Part shown: positions 1-13,914 of the stretch, in pieces | Position numbering within the stretch: position 1 is the first letter of the stretch | How the letters are laid out: each line of letters begins with the position of its first letter | DNA from: Octopus sinensis | Lineage: Eukaryota | Reading direction: 5' to 3' | Assembly: GCF_006345805.1 (NCBI RefSeq) | Contig: NC_043020.1 | Location: 29,388,001-29,452,000, forward strand | DNA length: 64,000 bases | Position numbers and translations under genes: made by a program | Notes under the pieces: model-generated | What the model was told of the DNA's origin: nothing | The model's database searches: none | Seen by the model: only the letters and a program-made list of their open reading frames with translations

Positions 1-657
1 ATTGTCTCACAGTGAACATATTGGATTCTGCTGACATAAATATCGAAGATGCTTTGACCTACACAGAAACGGCCAGAGCCACTCAGAGGTTTTGCAAGCT
101 TTTCTTCGAAATCAATCACTGGTGAAAATCCTTCCTTATATTCTGCCAGCATCTGAAAATCAACAAGGGGTCGGTTATGACTACACACCCAGTTGCTCTG
201 CTTGCACAGTTTCCCATGACTTTCTGTACCGTCCAATTTAACCTTTTTTTTTTTTATCGGGATCTTGGGCCATAAGGAATTTTCCATTGCTCGATTACAC
301 AACCACGGACGCCGCCTCTGCCTACGTTACAGTTACTCTCTTGACAAAACTTGGTGATCCTAACCGTTGATCTTCAAGGATTCCTCTGCTTTGCATCAAC
401 GAAAGAAGCACCGTTGGCTCAGAGGATCTCTTCCGCTCCCTCTTTACATCCTTAGCAGGCTCGCTGAACCGGATGTTATACCTTAGCAAAGGGCAATCCA
501 TAATAATGCAAGGCACAGTCAGCACTCCGTAAGATATTTTCAAATTACTTGCACACCCGTGACTGAAACATCCTTTATTAGTGGTATCCTGTAGGGTGGA
601 CGCTAACAACAAATATGACCCCTTCATTACTCCTTCTCTTCTGAATTCTTCTATATC
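1..657 (-). other. Unidentified coding-like segment (two abutting open frames); possible decayed element or exon(s)
   Basis: Minus frame 657-322 is open (IEEFRREGVMKGSY...). A second frame from ~325 stays open to the window edge (MENSLWPKIPIKKKKVKL...QMLAEYKEGFSPVIDFEEKLAKPL...). Acceptor-like TTTTCAG at 153 and CCCTTTAAG at ~655. No recognisable domain. Confidence 0.2.
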
Positions 658-787
658 TTAAAGGGAAATTTCAAGAATTACGCAAAAAAAAAGTCTCTTG
701 GTTCCTCAACATTTGACTTCCACATTTTCTCTTCTCTTCACCCTTTTATTATAACCTTTTCCAACTTCCATACTCTCTGACAGATAG

Positions 788-963
788 TCTCTCTCTCTCT
801 CTCTCTCTCTCTCAAACTATCTATCTAGATATTTGTCTGTCTGCCTGCCTCTCTGTCTGTTTGTCTGTTTGTCTATCACAGTAACTATCTAAATTTCGCG
901 CTCTTTCCCTTCCATATATTTATTTATTTATTTATTATGTATTATATATATATATATATATCT

Positions 964-994
<31 letters not shown>

Positions 995-1107
995 CAGACA
1001 AACAGACAGATAGATAGATATCATGCATACATATATGCAACATATATGCATATCTATATATATGTATATATATCTGTTAATCTATCTCTATTTTATATAT
1101 TATATTT

Positions 1108-1140
<33 letters not shown>

Positions 1141-1285
1141 GCACAATACAATCACTGTTAAGGTTTGAACGTACGTATGTATGTATGTGTGTGCATGCAT
1201 GTATATATGTATGTATGCATGCATAAAAGTATCTATCTATCTATCTACCTACCTGCCTACCTACCTACCTACCTACCTACCTATA

Positions 1286-1339
<54 letters not shown>

Positions 1340-1345
1340 CCTATA
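788..1345. repeat. Compound microsatellite (CT)n,(TA)n,(GA)n,(CTAT)n,(CTAC)n
   Basis: Simple repeats read directly. Confidence 0.95.
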
Positions 1346-1465
1346 GATAGATATGTGTATTTTCATATCCCCTTAATTATCAATCTCTCTCTATATATCT
1401 TGCTAAAAAATCTCTCCATCCTTATCTTCCTCATTCCGACATCACATCATATATCTCTCCTCTCT

Positions 1466-1514
<49 letters not shown>

Positions 1515-3264
1515 CTTCTCTATTTCTCCATATCTTTGCATCTCTTCCTGATACAACGTTTCCCTGTCACCTATATTCTTTCTCACGCAGACTCCATCTT
1601 TCTATATCTCTGTCTCTACATCCAAAACCCCTAACTGTCCCCGTGCTCTCTCTTTCATTCACTCATTCATTCTCATTCATACGCACACACACACATACAC
1701 ACACACATATATTTATGAATATATATATATATGTATATATCATATGAATGCATACAAACATACATACATACACGCATAGCCATATATGAACGTACGTACA
1801 GTAAACAACGTTTTTTCCCCAGCCAAAAGCTAGCTCTCCGTCAGTTATCTCCCCTTTGCCAACCTCTCCAGCACCTCCTTGCTCTACCTCCATTCCATTA
1901 AACACACACACAGACACACACACACACACACACACACACTACAGTCTGTCTCTTAATGAACGGCTCGGCTGTGCAGGCGCCGCTGCTCTGCTTCTTGCTG
2001 CTGTTGCACCACTATATCGACCGCACTCACCTGCAACAATGCAAATATGCATCCGTACAATCGGTTCAGTCGCTGCTACTTACTCCTCCCACTTTACTAC
2101 CTCACCTCATCCTTCTCCTCCCCAGCGACATTTCATTCTCAGAAACCACCGTTTTGTCAGTATTCCTGCTTTATTTACTTCCCACAAAACCCATATATAC
2201 TTCCATATATGGTAAGGTATAGGGGACTGATTGAGAATGGAAAATGTCCAACTATAGAGCTGTATGTAGTGTATTCTTTGGGGGGAGAGAAAGGAGATTC
2301 GCAGGTCGGAGAGCGGTGCGGGGAGAGCGCAACTGTTAAGCTGCACAATATATATATACACACACATATATATAAAATATATGGGTGTTTGTGAGTGTGT
2401 GTTTATATATGTGTGCATGCACACTACACACACACACAAACACGCAAATGTGTGTTTGTATATTGTATACATTCATTCATATAATACCACCATCTCATTC
2501 AACATACATTCATTATATTTATTTTACAATGTGTGTATATAATGGTGTATATACCCATTAATATCGTTTGTATGGTTGCACATATACATACACGCATGCA
2601 TATAATATATGATATATAATATACATACATACAAACAAATAATATATATATATCTGTATGTATGAATGCATATATTAATGTTATGTATATATATATATTA
2701 TATATATATATATATATATAGGTGTGTGTTTGTGTGTTGTGTGGCATGTACCTATGTGTTTATGTTATACATGTATTATGTATATGTTTGCGCTTGTGTA
2801 AGTGCATATATATATATGTGTGTATGTATACAAAGATATTCTATACAGTTGTGTGTACATGAATGCGTTAATGTGTTACAATAGTAGGTTGCACATTGCA
2901 TACATGTATATACACACACATATTATACACAATGAAACATGAGGCTACCGACTAATACACATTCGTATATATGTATACACACACACACACCACACGTACT
3001 TGCACCTATTGATAGATGTCACCGTATCCCTAGTTTCTGGAACCCTTCAACGGATTTCCCATGCATTCCTGATGTATTTTCGTAAATATTTATCAGAATC
3101 CACTCCGAGTTTAATAAACATGTTGTTGGGGAAGCACTGTGCAGAAATTATTCTACGCATAAGTGTGGGAGATTTGAATTTCGCGTAGCTATATACACAC
3201 GCTAGTTGATAAAAGTATGTAGAAGTTTCGGTGCAATTTTTGTCCCCTTGTCAGCGTATATGAT

Positions 3265-3468
3265 TAGGGTTGGTTTCTTGGTGCATATATTCCTTCCTGG
3301 ACGGGATGCCGGTCCATTGAAGGATTATTTTTTACCAGCAGACTAGACTTGAATAACGTGGAATGAAGTTGCTTGCTCAAGAACGCAACGTATCGCGCAG
3401 TCCAGGAATGGAAACCGCAATCTTAGGGTCGTGAATGCAACATTCTAACCTCTGAGCCATGCGCCCCA
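3265..3468 (-). mobile_element. tRNA-derived CORE-like SINE, diverged copy
   Basis: Reverse complement of tRNA-like head plus TTGAGCAAGCAACTTCATTCCACG core, followed by a tail with ATGGACCGGCATCCCGTCCAGG. Confidence 0.7.
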
Positions 3469-3594
3469 GGGTGTATAAGCTGAGTAAATTTGCTTACAGT
3501 TTGAGTAAATAGGAATATGTTTTATGTAGTCTCCCGGCTGAGGAAGGCCCTTCATGTTTTTCTGGGTATACAACTAGAATCACAGGTTTGCTTC

Positions 3595-3722
3595 ATTGAA
3601 AAGCGGAACAGTGGCCCGCAGGTTTGACTTCGATGAGGCATGAACTCAGAGAATACAGATCCGGAACAAAATGCCACGGGGATTTTTGCTCGACACCTTC
3701 AACGATTCTATCAAACGGCCCC
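3595..3722 (-). mobile_element. Family-B (Deu/Nin-like) SINE head fragment
   Basis: GAACTCAG...AAATGCC...CATTTTT...AACGATTCT matches the other family-B copies. Confidence 0.5.
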
Positions 3723-4582
3723 TTCTATAAATCGGGCTTAATTTAATATGCAAAACATTGCATTGCGGGTGTGGGGGTGGGGTGGGGTGTTTGTATGCAT
3801 GTGTGCACCATGCAGGCACTGCGTACGTTATTCATTAAATAGTTCTATATGATACGTTTACGTTTATTACAAGCGAATGTATATAAGCATTAAAGTGCAT
3901 ACATTTAGCCCCAATTATACGCAACTCCATTATATATGTACTACATAGACACACGCGTGTATATATATGTATATATAGTACCTCTGCTTTACATAGTAGA
4001 ATGGAAATAGGAAATGCTGAATCGAAGGCCACTTTTGGCTGCGGTCGCTGAATCAATGTCCATTGATAGATTTCTGCGAGATGGTGCTTTATCGATGTAA
4101 CCATTCCTCGTTGAGAAAAACTGTCTAATTTCGCAGATTTACGCGAATCTGCTCTCAGTTTCCTCCCGCTGACATCGCTTGCAACCTTTGTTTCTACACG
4201 ATTAATAAACAAAAGACAGGCACCATGTCGGGTATGACGACCAGGGTCCAGAGTTGATCCGAAATCGGACCCCGTGCACACGCTTGAGCGGAGGACTCTA
4301 GGAATTTTTTAGTGTATCATTGTGGCTAATGATGGGTCCTCCAGACCTCAACACTTTTTGGCTGAGACTGGTGTACAACACGAAGCATTAAACATCGATC
4401 TTCAGGTTTTTACAAAGCAGAGGGCCCCACTGACAATTCTCTAATTGTGTCCGTGCTTACTAGCGCCGGTCCTGATCCTATGAAATGGATTTTGGGCTGC
4501 AATTGGTTGTTTATAGGGGAAATAGAAAAACTAAACCGAACAAATACCGCAAGGCATTTTGTAAAAGCTCCTTACGAAATTT

Positions 4583-4809
4583 CAAATTCATTTCACGTTG
4601 CTCCAGTTCATTCAGCTGTCATAAAAAGGGTTGCGCCTGTAATTTACAAGGGTCCAGCCTTCTCACATTCTGTATCACGCTGAATTTCTCCGAAAACTAC
4701 GTTACAAGTATGTGTGTCTGTGGAGTGCTCAGCCACTTGCATGTTAATTTGACTAGCAGGTGGTTCCGTTGGTTGCATCAACTGGAACCCCGGTCATTGC
4801 AGCCGACGA
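4583..4809 (+). mobile_element. CORE-like SINE, 5'-truncated
   Basis: TTTCACGTTGCTCCAGTTCATTCAGCTG core and GTCTGTGGAGTGCTCAGCCACTTGCA tail shared with the 11099, 33691 and 61021 copies. Confidence 0.85.
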
Positions 4810-4988
4810 AGTGCCAGTTAGGTAGACCTGCCAGGGGAAAACTACGGATGAGGGTTCCGCAAGTTCTTTCTGAACAACCTGAACCAGGTGATCAAATGCA
4901 ATGTGCTGTACCTAAGCTCACTTCCCTCCGTCAAATTGAGATTCACCTGTACAGGTGCACGGTCTGCCAAAACGATCGCGGTGCAGCG

Positions 4989-5098
4989 TGCAATGAAGTG
5001 GCTTGCTCAAGAACACAATGCACGTCTGGACAGGCGATCGAAACCACAAACCTGAGATCGTGAGCGCAACACTCTAACCACCAGGCCACGCGCCGCCA
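4989..5098 (-). mobile_element. CORE-like SINE head
   Basis: CTTGCTCAAGAACACAATGC...CGAAACCAC...CTCTAACCACCAGGCCACGCGCC is the reverse complement of the tRNA head. Confidence 0.8.
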
Positions 5099-6149
5099 CC
5101 AGTCATAAACCGGTTATTTATTCCACTCTCTCAATTCCTCAGCTCCTCCTCTCTTCTTTCACCTCTCCCCCTCCTCGGCTGGCATGCGTTTGACCACGTG
5201 AGTGTTCTCGATCGAAGGCTACCTGGGGCTAAATCACAATAAAAATAAAACATCAGCAGCAGCACCCCCACCCCCTACCACCACCACTACATCTACCACC
5301 ATCACAATCATCACTTCGACAACCACCACCACAACTACACAACTATCACCACTACCACCACCATCATCACTACTACAACAACAACAACAACAACAGCAAT
5401 AGCAACAAGATCCACTACTACTACTACTACTACTGTTGCTGTTGCTGCTGCCGCTGCTGCTATGGTTGAGGGAAACACCTGTGAATAAAGGTAATTCCTT
5501 ACTATGCCGAGGAAATCGGTGTTTCGTGAATTCGAGGAATTCCATACCAAATGGTTTAGATTTCAATAAAATATCGTTGCAAAGGAAATTCGGGGATATT
5601 CCACGGGAGTTCCTCGGTCGACAGGGCTTCATTGTTTTAATTTGTTTTCATCATCTTTTTCATTTTATTCCCCTCCACCCATCCATCCCACCACCCCTTC
5701 GCTGTCAGGGGTCTTTCTCTACGACTGTAAATGGGGGTGCGTTTGCATATACGCATGCATACGCATCAACCACAACGCACACATACATACATAAATCGCT
5801 CTCTCTCTCTCCCTATATAAATACATGCATATATATATATATATGCAGACACACACGCATGTATTTGTGTGTGTATATGTCTGTGTTTATGTATGTGTGT
5901 GGAAGAAGTGCATACGGGAGCATATATTGTATCTAACAAATAATAATAATAATAATAGTAAATAATAATAATAATAATAATAACAACAACAACAACAACA
6001 ACAAGTTTGTATTGGTCACATACAATCTTTGATTCCTCTGGTTCACCAAAAAATAAGTAACATTTCTCACTTGTTGCTGCCAACCGCCCATCGTAGAGTG
6101 TTGGGATATTCAAGTGTAGCCTCTTTAATTACCCAAATTTTGCCTTAAT

Positions 6150-6860
6150 TTCATAAAATTTACTGTAGAACAACACCTCCATCCATGCCCTCGCCTTCCT
6201 AACCGCGTTCACTACACAACTTCCTTCACCATAGTCATTCAAGGAGAAGAAGATTACCCGCTCTTCCTTGCCGAAAGAGTTTTGTTTTCCACATTAGAAT
6301 CAGCTCTCAGCTCTCAGCTCATCGAGATCCATCAATGAGCATTGATTTTAGCGATTGCAGCCAACAGTAGCGTTCGATTCAGCCTGCCAGATGCCCAGCA
6401 CCCAACGTTGGTGCACGCTCCGCCTAGATTAACGACTTGGTCGAAAACGACCAGCAGTACAAAGACTTGTAGAAGCCTGAACGGCAATCTAAACATGATT
6501 GAAACCGGCAATACTTAAGGCAAAACCGGCAATACTTAAAGCAAAACCGGCAATAACGTATTGCACAAGAAGGAGATCTACTGAGGAGGACACAAGTTGG
6601 TGCGCCTTAGATTACATTACTGACGATAAGCGCCGACTTCCTGGCGAGTGTCTTTGCCAGAATTTTGAATTGTGTCGAATAAAGTTAAGGGTTTCAAGTT
6701 GCTTGCCCTCGTCAGAGACCTCCTTCAGCAACGTCTAACCCTTCGGTTATCATCGCTGCTTACCATCAGTTGTAGACATCTGCTAAAAGTTTGGAATGTT
6801 TCTGGCATGTAACAAAAGTCGTCGAGCAGATCTTGGGGATGTCCCTTGCTGCAAACAATG
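6150..6860 (-). mobile_element. Decayed L1/Tx1-type LINE ORF2 3' fragment
   Basis: Minus translation MVKEVV**TRLGRRG resembles the C-terminal segment of Tx1-like ORF2; many stops; contains a 21-bp triplication at 6502-6556. Confidence 0.4.
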
Positions 6861-7199
6861 GCTCAGACTAATTTTTTATTTATATAACCGTATAAATTAA
6901 TTTTAAAATATCAATTATTAATTTCTTGAAATTACCTCCTCTTAATTTCGAGAGTTGCTAATAATTACCGCCAGGTTTCTATTTTCACAGTCCCAGAGGG
7001 AAATTTTAATAAACTTAGAACTTTCTTTTTTTGTATGCGACATATGTATATCAGCTCTTATCAAAACTCATCTCATATGAGGTATTTCCTTTCAATAAGA
7101 ATTTTGTTCGACGCACAACCGATTCTCCCAGATCGCCTTTTTTTTAGCAAATAATAACTCATTCAAATTCTTGCACAAGGCCGACAATTTTGAGAGGAG

Positions 7200-7365
7200 G
7201 CTGCGAGTGGATTCCATTACTCGCTGCACTTGTTGACATGTACTTTATTTTACCGACCCCAGAAGACAAAATGGACCTTGGCGAGATTTGAGTTTAGCAC
7301 GTCAAAAGCCGGATGAAATACTACTGAGCATTTCGTCCGACACACAAAGAATTCTGCCATCTCGC
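7200..7365 (-). mobile_element. Family-B SINE, diverged
   Basis: TTTATTTTACCGACCCC...CCTTGGCGAGATTTGAG...GAAATACTACTGAGCATTTCGTCCG...ATTCTGCCATCTCGC. Confidence 0.7.
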
Positions 7366-7386
7366 AGCTTTTATAAGTTTTGACAC

Positions 7387-7560
7387 AAGGGCAGCAATTT
7401 TGAGGGAAGGAGAAGGGGATGCACTCGATTGCAGTACTTGACTCCCGTAAAGGTTAAAAACAAAGATGACTTCGGCGAGATTTGAACTCGGAACATATAG
7501 AGCAGTGTAGCAAATACCACAAGGCACTTATTCTAACGCGTTATCCATTCTGCCAGCCCA
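7387..7560 (-). mobile_element. Family-B SINE, diverged
   Basis: GACTTCGGCGAGATTTGAACTCGGAAC...AAATACC...CCATTCTGCCAGCCC. Confidence 0.7.
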
Positions 7561-7688
7561 CTGTCTAATAATAATAATAATGTTTCTCATGCAGGCACAA
7601 CCCCTTAAATTTGAATGATTTGCTTATCACAGCGATAAAGGGGACGGAAAACAGAGGGCATTGCAGGGACAGCAATAGTAATAATAAA

Positions 7689-7901
7689 GGTGGCAAGCTA
7701 GCAAAGGCGTTTGTGCGTCGAACAAAATGTTTAGCGGCATTTTCTTCCCTCTTTTTACAGTCTGCTTGAGTTCAAATCCCACCGAGTTCGACTTTGCTTT
7801 TCATCCTATTTTTGGAGATCGATAAAATAAGCACAAGTCGAGCAGTTGGGGTACTGCATCGATCTGCCCATCCCGACCTAAAAATTTCAGGGTCTGTGCC
7901 T
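7689..7901 (+). mobile_element. Family-B SINE (tRNA-like head + Deu/Nin-like domain)
   Basis: B box GAGTTCAAATCCC followed by CGACTTTGCTTTTCATCC...GATCGATAAAATAAG. Confidence 0.8.
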
Positions 7902-7909
7902 ACAGTACA

Positions 7910-7910
<1 letters not shown>

Positions 7911-7983
<73 letters not shown>
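7911..7983. repeat. (AAT)n microsatellite
   Basis: Perfect trinucleotide run. Confidence 0.95.
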
Positions 7984-7985
<2 letters not shown>

Positions 7986-9377
7986 GTAGTAGTAATAGAA
8001 AATTAAAATGCATCGAGCTTTTTTTATATTTATTTACAATTTATTATTACTAATATTGCATTATTTAGTAATCTTTTCTGTTTCATTAAAGTTGTTTAGT
8101 TTTTTTTACCTTATTTAACATTACTCGACTTTTATTACTATTCAGAAATTGTTGAGAATGGATGCATTCATGATTTTTTATCAACTGGTCAAACAAAACT
8201 AAGCGTGCAGAAATTAAAGGTTTTGCACGTTAATTGCAAAAGCGTTCAGTGAAGACAAAGTCATACCATATATGGATATTTGAGTGAACGAATCTAGATC
8301 TCTGCCGGAGCTAGCAAAACCTCCTCATACCATCACATCGCATTGATAAAAATCGCCTCAACATACTACAAAATGTATACATAAAACTCCATTCATATAT
8401 TAAGAAAGTGTTTGTCACACACAAACACTGCAGCGTATAGCTTCACATATTCTCCTCTCTTTCACACTTTGCAACTATAATGCACGTATGCACGTATGCA
8501 CGTATGCACGCATACACACACACACACGACTGGAAACGAACGCACATACACAAACTAAACCAGCTTACAATTTACATTCTGTTTATCAATATATAAAGCG
8601 TGTATGCACATATATATGTATATATATGTATATATATGTATTTATTTATTTATGTATGCATTATATATGTATGTATCTATGTATAATGAGAGAATGAGAG
8701 GGAGAGTCGAAGGAAAGTGAGAGTGAGAACGGGAGAGAAAGAGGAAAAGAGAGGGAGAGATGCGAAGTTTCCTTTACAACGAACTCAAAACATACATTCA
8801 TCTAGATACAATTGATCTAGCAAAAGCACATGCTTGTCATGTGAATTGCAAAGACTGTCACGTGCATCACCACGATCTGAAAGTCAAATTCACTTCCGCC
8901 ATTTGCATAGCAAACGAACAGCGGAGTTTTAGCAAGTAGCCTCGTTATCAGTTGCATTACTCTCTAACCCCGTAGCTTGCAATGCTGTTTGTGTTGACGA
9001 TTGTAATACTGATGATGATGCTGCTGCGAAAATCCTGGCCATGGCGCATCATTTCAGATAGGAATATTACGAGCTGGGGAAAGAGATATTCATTAAGAAA
9101 AAATGGGCGGAATTAAGAAACGACCAATGAAAGTGCAGCGTTCGAGCTCTGCTTAACATACAACTTCGCTCCTTACACGTACAGGAACACGCAGCATAGC
9201 ACCATTTTTTTTTTTTAGTTGAAAGACTGCACTGCCACAATAACAACAACATTACAACTACAACAACACTACAACAAACAATATTTACAACAACCACCTC
9301 CGCCAACACCGCAATTTTTCGACACCACCAACAACAACAACAACGCCATACCCATCACCACCACCACCAACATCACC

Positions 9378-9409
<32 letters not shown>

Positions 9410-9481
9410 CAAAAGCAACAAAAGCAACCACCAAGAACAACAACAATAATGCAACCCCCTCGTCCCCACACCTTGCACACA

Positions 9482-9960
9482 CGGGAAAAACCGATGAGAT
9501 GGTCATGGCTAGAATGCCTATGATCGTAGGCCTGCTCGATCAGGGCTTACCTGGTGGGTGTCGAGGTGGTTAAACAACAACTGACACACGGGTCAATGAT
9601 GAAGTTTGTACACCCGAGCTAGAAATAGCAACAAAATCTGCCTCGAATCATACCTTACTGTTTAAAATAAAGAATAGCACATTCGACAATGTTAGTCATG
9701 GCCAGGTTGTCTTTAATCATAGGTGTGTCCTGATAGACTGTATCATTATTGATGCTTTGCAATAAAGACTAATATGATAGAATGTACCTCTCCAGCTATG
9801 ACCATCCCGACTTAATTTCAGGCATTGTGCATCTGAGGTTATATTGTGTTATGTATCATTTTGAGTTTGTTTACGTTGAGGGGAGGGGGTGTAAGGCGTA
9901 ATTTGAGGGAGATTTGGCTACTATTTCTTGAAACTAGAGCAGCCACGTGGAGGTTCCCCC
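9482..9960. mobile_element. Fragments of a short dispersed repeat (family D: GTTTAGCCCCAGGTCA...GATCAAAGGC.TTCCAGC.TGACCATCC...GAGGGAGATTTGGCTGCTATTTCT), both orientations
   Basis: The same motifs recur at ~10128-10235(-), 12414-12600(+), 13155-13330(-), 28206-28275(+), 35508-35580(-), 37650-37800(-), 47048-47125(-) and 49080-49290(+), usually beside a (TTG)n/(CAA)n run. Confidence 0.7.
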
Positions 9961-10619
9961 GCTGGTTTTTATTGCCGATATTTTACATTATTACTATTAC
10001 TACTACTACTACTACTACTATCACAACCATTTCTAGTAGTAGTAGTAGTATAACCACCAAAGCCACCACCACTACCACTACTACGACTACCTGGGCAACA
10101 GTTTCTCTAACTTCACTATGAACACCGGGAGGCTCCATTCGGTTGTTCGACCTGCTAAAAATAGCAACCAAGCTCTCTCAAAACCAAATACTGTTATGTT
10201 AAAGAAAGAAGGACACATTAGATAATGTTGTCCGAGATAAATGCAACGTACGATAGATTTGTAAATCTGCATTGAGGCCCACGAAGAAAGAAAGAAAAAG
10301 AGAGAGAGAGAGAGAGAGTCCACGAAAAACTTGGTCCAATGGTGTCATACCAATCTTGTTTCCTTCGATAGCAAAACAAACAAATAAATAGATAAATAAA
10401 TGAATAAACAAATACATGGCAAAACCCTGTAAATACAGCAGATATAAAGAATGCATTATCGCATCTCACCCAATCCGCGACCCCTTAAATATAAACCGCA
10501 TCCGCTCCGGGCCCTTGCTATCACTTCAAATTCTAGGCCACATTAACATAGGTGAATGCAACCCGCCAATAACTGCTAATACTCCACGAAGTTCGGGTAA
10601 GGTCCTTAGCAGTGTCACT

Positions 10620-10862
10620 AACTGAAGCCCTTTGCTCCCAACGGAGCAGGGGCCGTGGACGACTTGTCTCCATTGCTCTCGATTCTGAGTAGCTTTTCTC
10701 TCCTGCTCTCCAGTCAAATCCCAGCTTTTCCTTGCAGCTTCCTTTCGGATTTTACTTCGTATGTTTCCCGCCAGGATAGGGGCCTTCCTTTCCCAAATCT
10801 TGTTGGTTTTGAATTATCATCACTGCTTCTGTAATTTTGCTTTCTTCTTCGCTATGTAAGGC
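10620..10862 (-). mobile_element. RTE-clade LINE 3' end fragment
   Basis: Minus frames give GRPLSWRETYE and KATQNREQWRQVVHGPCSVG, typical of the RTE ORF C-terminus. Confidence 0.6.
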
Positions 10863-11098
10863 TGTTGGCCCTTCGCAAACCCGTTTTTACCTCTGAGAAG
10901 AGGCAAACCATATCAGTCTGGCTTCTATCATTTGAGCTGTCCAGCATGGGAGACCCTGCTGGGAACTTGCGCTCCGCTGGCATAATTCTCAGATTTGTTG
11001 ACGCATACAGGCCACCACACTGCAACGAGAACTGGTGGACTACAATAATTGAAACGGTGCTGTTGCAGCACAGATGTACACACACTGAAATAACTGGT

Positions 11099-11417
11099 AC
11101 TCCGTCGGTTGCGACGACGAGGGTTCCAGTTGATCCGATCAATGGAACGCCTTGCTTGTGAAATTAACGTGCAAGTGGCTGAGCACTCCACAGACACGTA
11201 TACCCTTAATGTAGTTCTCAGTGATATGAAGCATGACACAGAGTATGACAAGGCTGGCCCTTTGAAATACGGGTACAACTCATTTTTGCCAGCTAGGTGG
11301 TCTGGAGCAACGTGGAAATAAAGTGTCTCGCCCAAGGAGACAATGCATCGGCGGGAATTGAACTCAGGACCTTACGATCGTGAACTTAATACCTTAACCA
11401 CAAAGCCACGTGTCTTC
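11099..11417 (-). mobile_element. Full-length CORE-like tRNA-derived SINE
   Basis: ~320 bp, colinear with the 33691-34015 and 61021-61339 copies. Confidence 0.92.
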
Positions 11418-11951
11418 ACGTGGATAATTACTGGTGTACTATTTCCATATTTACACGCACGCAAACACTTTCTCGATCTTGTCTGAGGAAGTGACCAATC
11501 CTGTTCCGGTGCTTGCATCTTATTTCATCACTGATCCTATTGGTGCTCGTTGCCGTTTTCAGTTGAGTCATTTCGGACTCTTTGCGGCCACTTGATGCCA
11601 CGACTAAAATATCTGATCAGAACTTATCCGATCTGAACAAAAGCGCTTTTTGTCCCCCATTGGTTAACGGAGAACGCAAAGAACATCATGGAGAGCATCG
11701 GACAGGATATTTGCCGATACCTGCTCCGGTTCTGTACACTTTGGATTCAAATCACGTTTCCAGTATCTGCAAACATTGACACTTTCTCACAGGAGTTTGA
11801 CAGATTCGAAGAAAGGAAAGGAAACGTGAAAACTGGATCATAATTGTGGAATGAGATGTAGAGCAAAGTAAAACTTTGCATGCGATCAGCCAGAATAAAC
11901 TGAGGGCGACTCAAACGAAAGAATAACAATTGCTCTCATATTTTGAGACAT

Positions 11952-12067
11952 GAGCATTGGGTACCCAGAGCGTTAGGTACCCAGAGCGTTAGGTACCCAG
12001 AGCGTTAGGTACTCAGAGCATTAGGTACCCACAGCATTAGGTACCCACAGCATTAGGTACCCAGAGC
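11952..12067. repeat. 16-bp minisatellite (GAGCRTTAGGTACCCA) x7
   Basis: Units counted directly. Confidence 0.95.
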
Positions 12068-12792
12068 CCTTGCAGTCGCTACAAATACTACGTCTTACTA
12101 AATTTGGCGAACACAGCCCCACGAAACAGTTAACCTTCGACGAAGGGGACCCACAGCGGCTTTCTGTCCACACATTTGAGGCACTGCTGCAAAACACACG
12201 CACACACGTTTCAGCCCTCATCCAAAGAAAAGCCCTACCCTCGCTTGAACTGGCATGAACTGGCACCGGCCTAGATCTTCTATTGAAAAAAGGTGCATAG
12301 CATCATTCTTGTTGTTGCTGTTATGGTCCTTGCTATTGTGGTTAGTGCTAGTGTTGCTCCTCTCGTTTTTTGTACTGATTGCCATTCTTGTTGTTGTTGC
12401 TGTTGTTTTTGTTGTTTAGCCCTAGGCCAGTCCCTGACGTAGCAATCAATCATCAAAGACCATTCCAGCGGTGACCATTCCATCTGTTTTCTCAGACTCT
12501 CCAGACGAAGTTATAACGCGGACTTCAACACCCAATAAAATATTAGTTTGCTTTTGAAAGAGATTTGGCTGTTATTCCTAGCATGCTCAGTAGCCATGTA
12601 GAGACACCATTGTTTAAAACGATAGATCGATAGATCGATATCAACGTTGGACTGGACTGGTTTGGCTTTCTTCATTGTTTTGGTTTTGTGGTTTTTAAAC
12701 AAAAGTTTCGATGGTTCGGATGGAAGGGGCCAAGTGAGGTGGGCGGGGCGCTCTCCTCATCTTTACCGGTCATCCCAGGCTTTTCATGTCGA

Positions 12793-12933
12793 TACTACTA
12801 CTACTACTACTACTGCTGCTGCTGCTACTGCTGCTGCTACAACTGCTGCTACTGCTGCTGCTACAACTGCTGCTGCTACCCACCACCACCACCACCACCA
12901 CCACCACTACTACTGCTACTACTACTACTGCTG

Positions 12934-12978
<45 letters not shown>

Positions 12979-12990
12979 AAACTTCTTCTT

Positions 12991-13025
<35 letters not shown>
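12793..13025. repeat. Compound (TAC)/(TGC)/(CAC) trinucleotide tract
   Basis: Simple repeat. Confidence 0.95.
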
Positions 13026-13027
<2 letters not shown>

Positions 13028-13914
13028 CGTGCCGCCGGTGCCTCTGCTGTGGCTGATTTTACAGTTCCTGCCGGACTTCTGATGTCCAACGATTCCGCTG
13101 GTCACCGTCTGTTGAGAAGATATAAAGTGGGCGAACCAACGGGTGGAGAAAGGATGGCTCTGTCTGCTCGAAATAGCAACTAAATGTCGTTTTACCTTCA
13201 TTGAAAAGGGAAGAGCAATGCATGGATAACATAGATCCTCAATGCTTGAAAGCTCGACGGTATGACCACGGATGAAACGTCTTTGATCATAGGTCTCCTC
13301 ACTTACGGTTGACATAGGTCTCAGCGACCATAACAAGAGCATTAACAATCTCAACAGCAACATTAACAACACCAACGATGACCACCACGGTGAGTGATAG
13401 CTCCAACACCTTCGACAGCAACAACAGCAATTACTACAACAAACTATTGTTTGTCGGGAAGTCAACCCTGCGATGGACTCGCGTCCAGTCCAGAAGGATG
13501 GGAAGTGTCGTAGCATCAGTCACTTATACGTCAGGAAAACCAAGAAACCTAGGCCTTATGAGAGACCCAAGTACCATCATGCTAGAGTTACCTCTTCTTT
13601 GTTCGGTTTCTCATGAGGCCGCTCATATCACTGTGCTTTCCCATAAAGCAACCCCAAGTCCAATTGCACGCCACGCCAACACTAAATGTTTCACACATTG
13701 TTATGTTGAACTTCTTTACGATGTTCTCCGCGGTACAACAGCTAAATCTCCCACCAAACCAGAACAAGAGCTTCGCAAGTTTTTGCAAAAATCTTCAAGA
13801 TTGTAAAGGTATAGACAGTAAGTTTTTCATTGCTGCTGAGGACTGGAGGCCGTTGCTTTGGGTTTGAGCATATTCCGCTACACTGGCTCAGCATGGCTTG
13901 GCAGAGGGGTGCAG

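Noticed and set aside
11580-12260. Coding-like stretches at 11.6-12.3 kb, 50.1-50.3 kb and 50.9-51.1 kb
   Set aside because: Probably old LINE debris, but no diagnostic motif was clear enough to assign.
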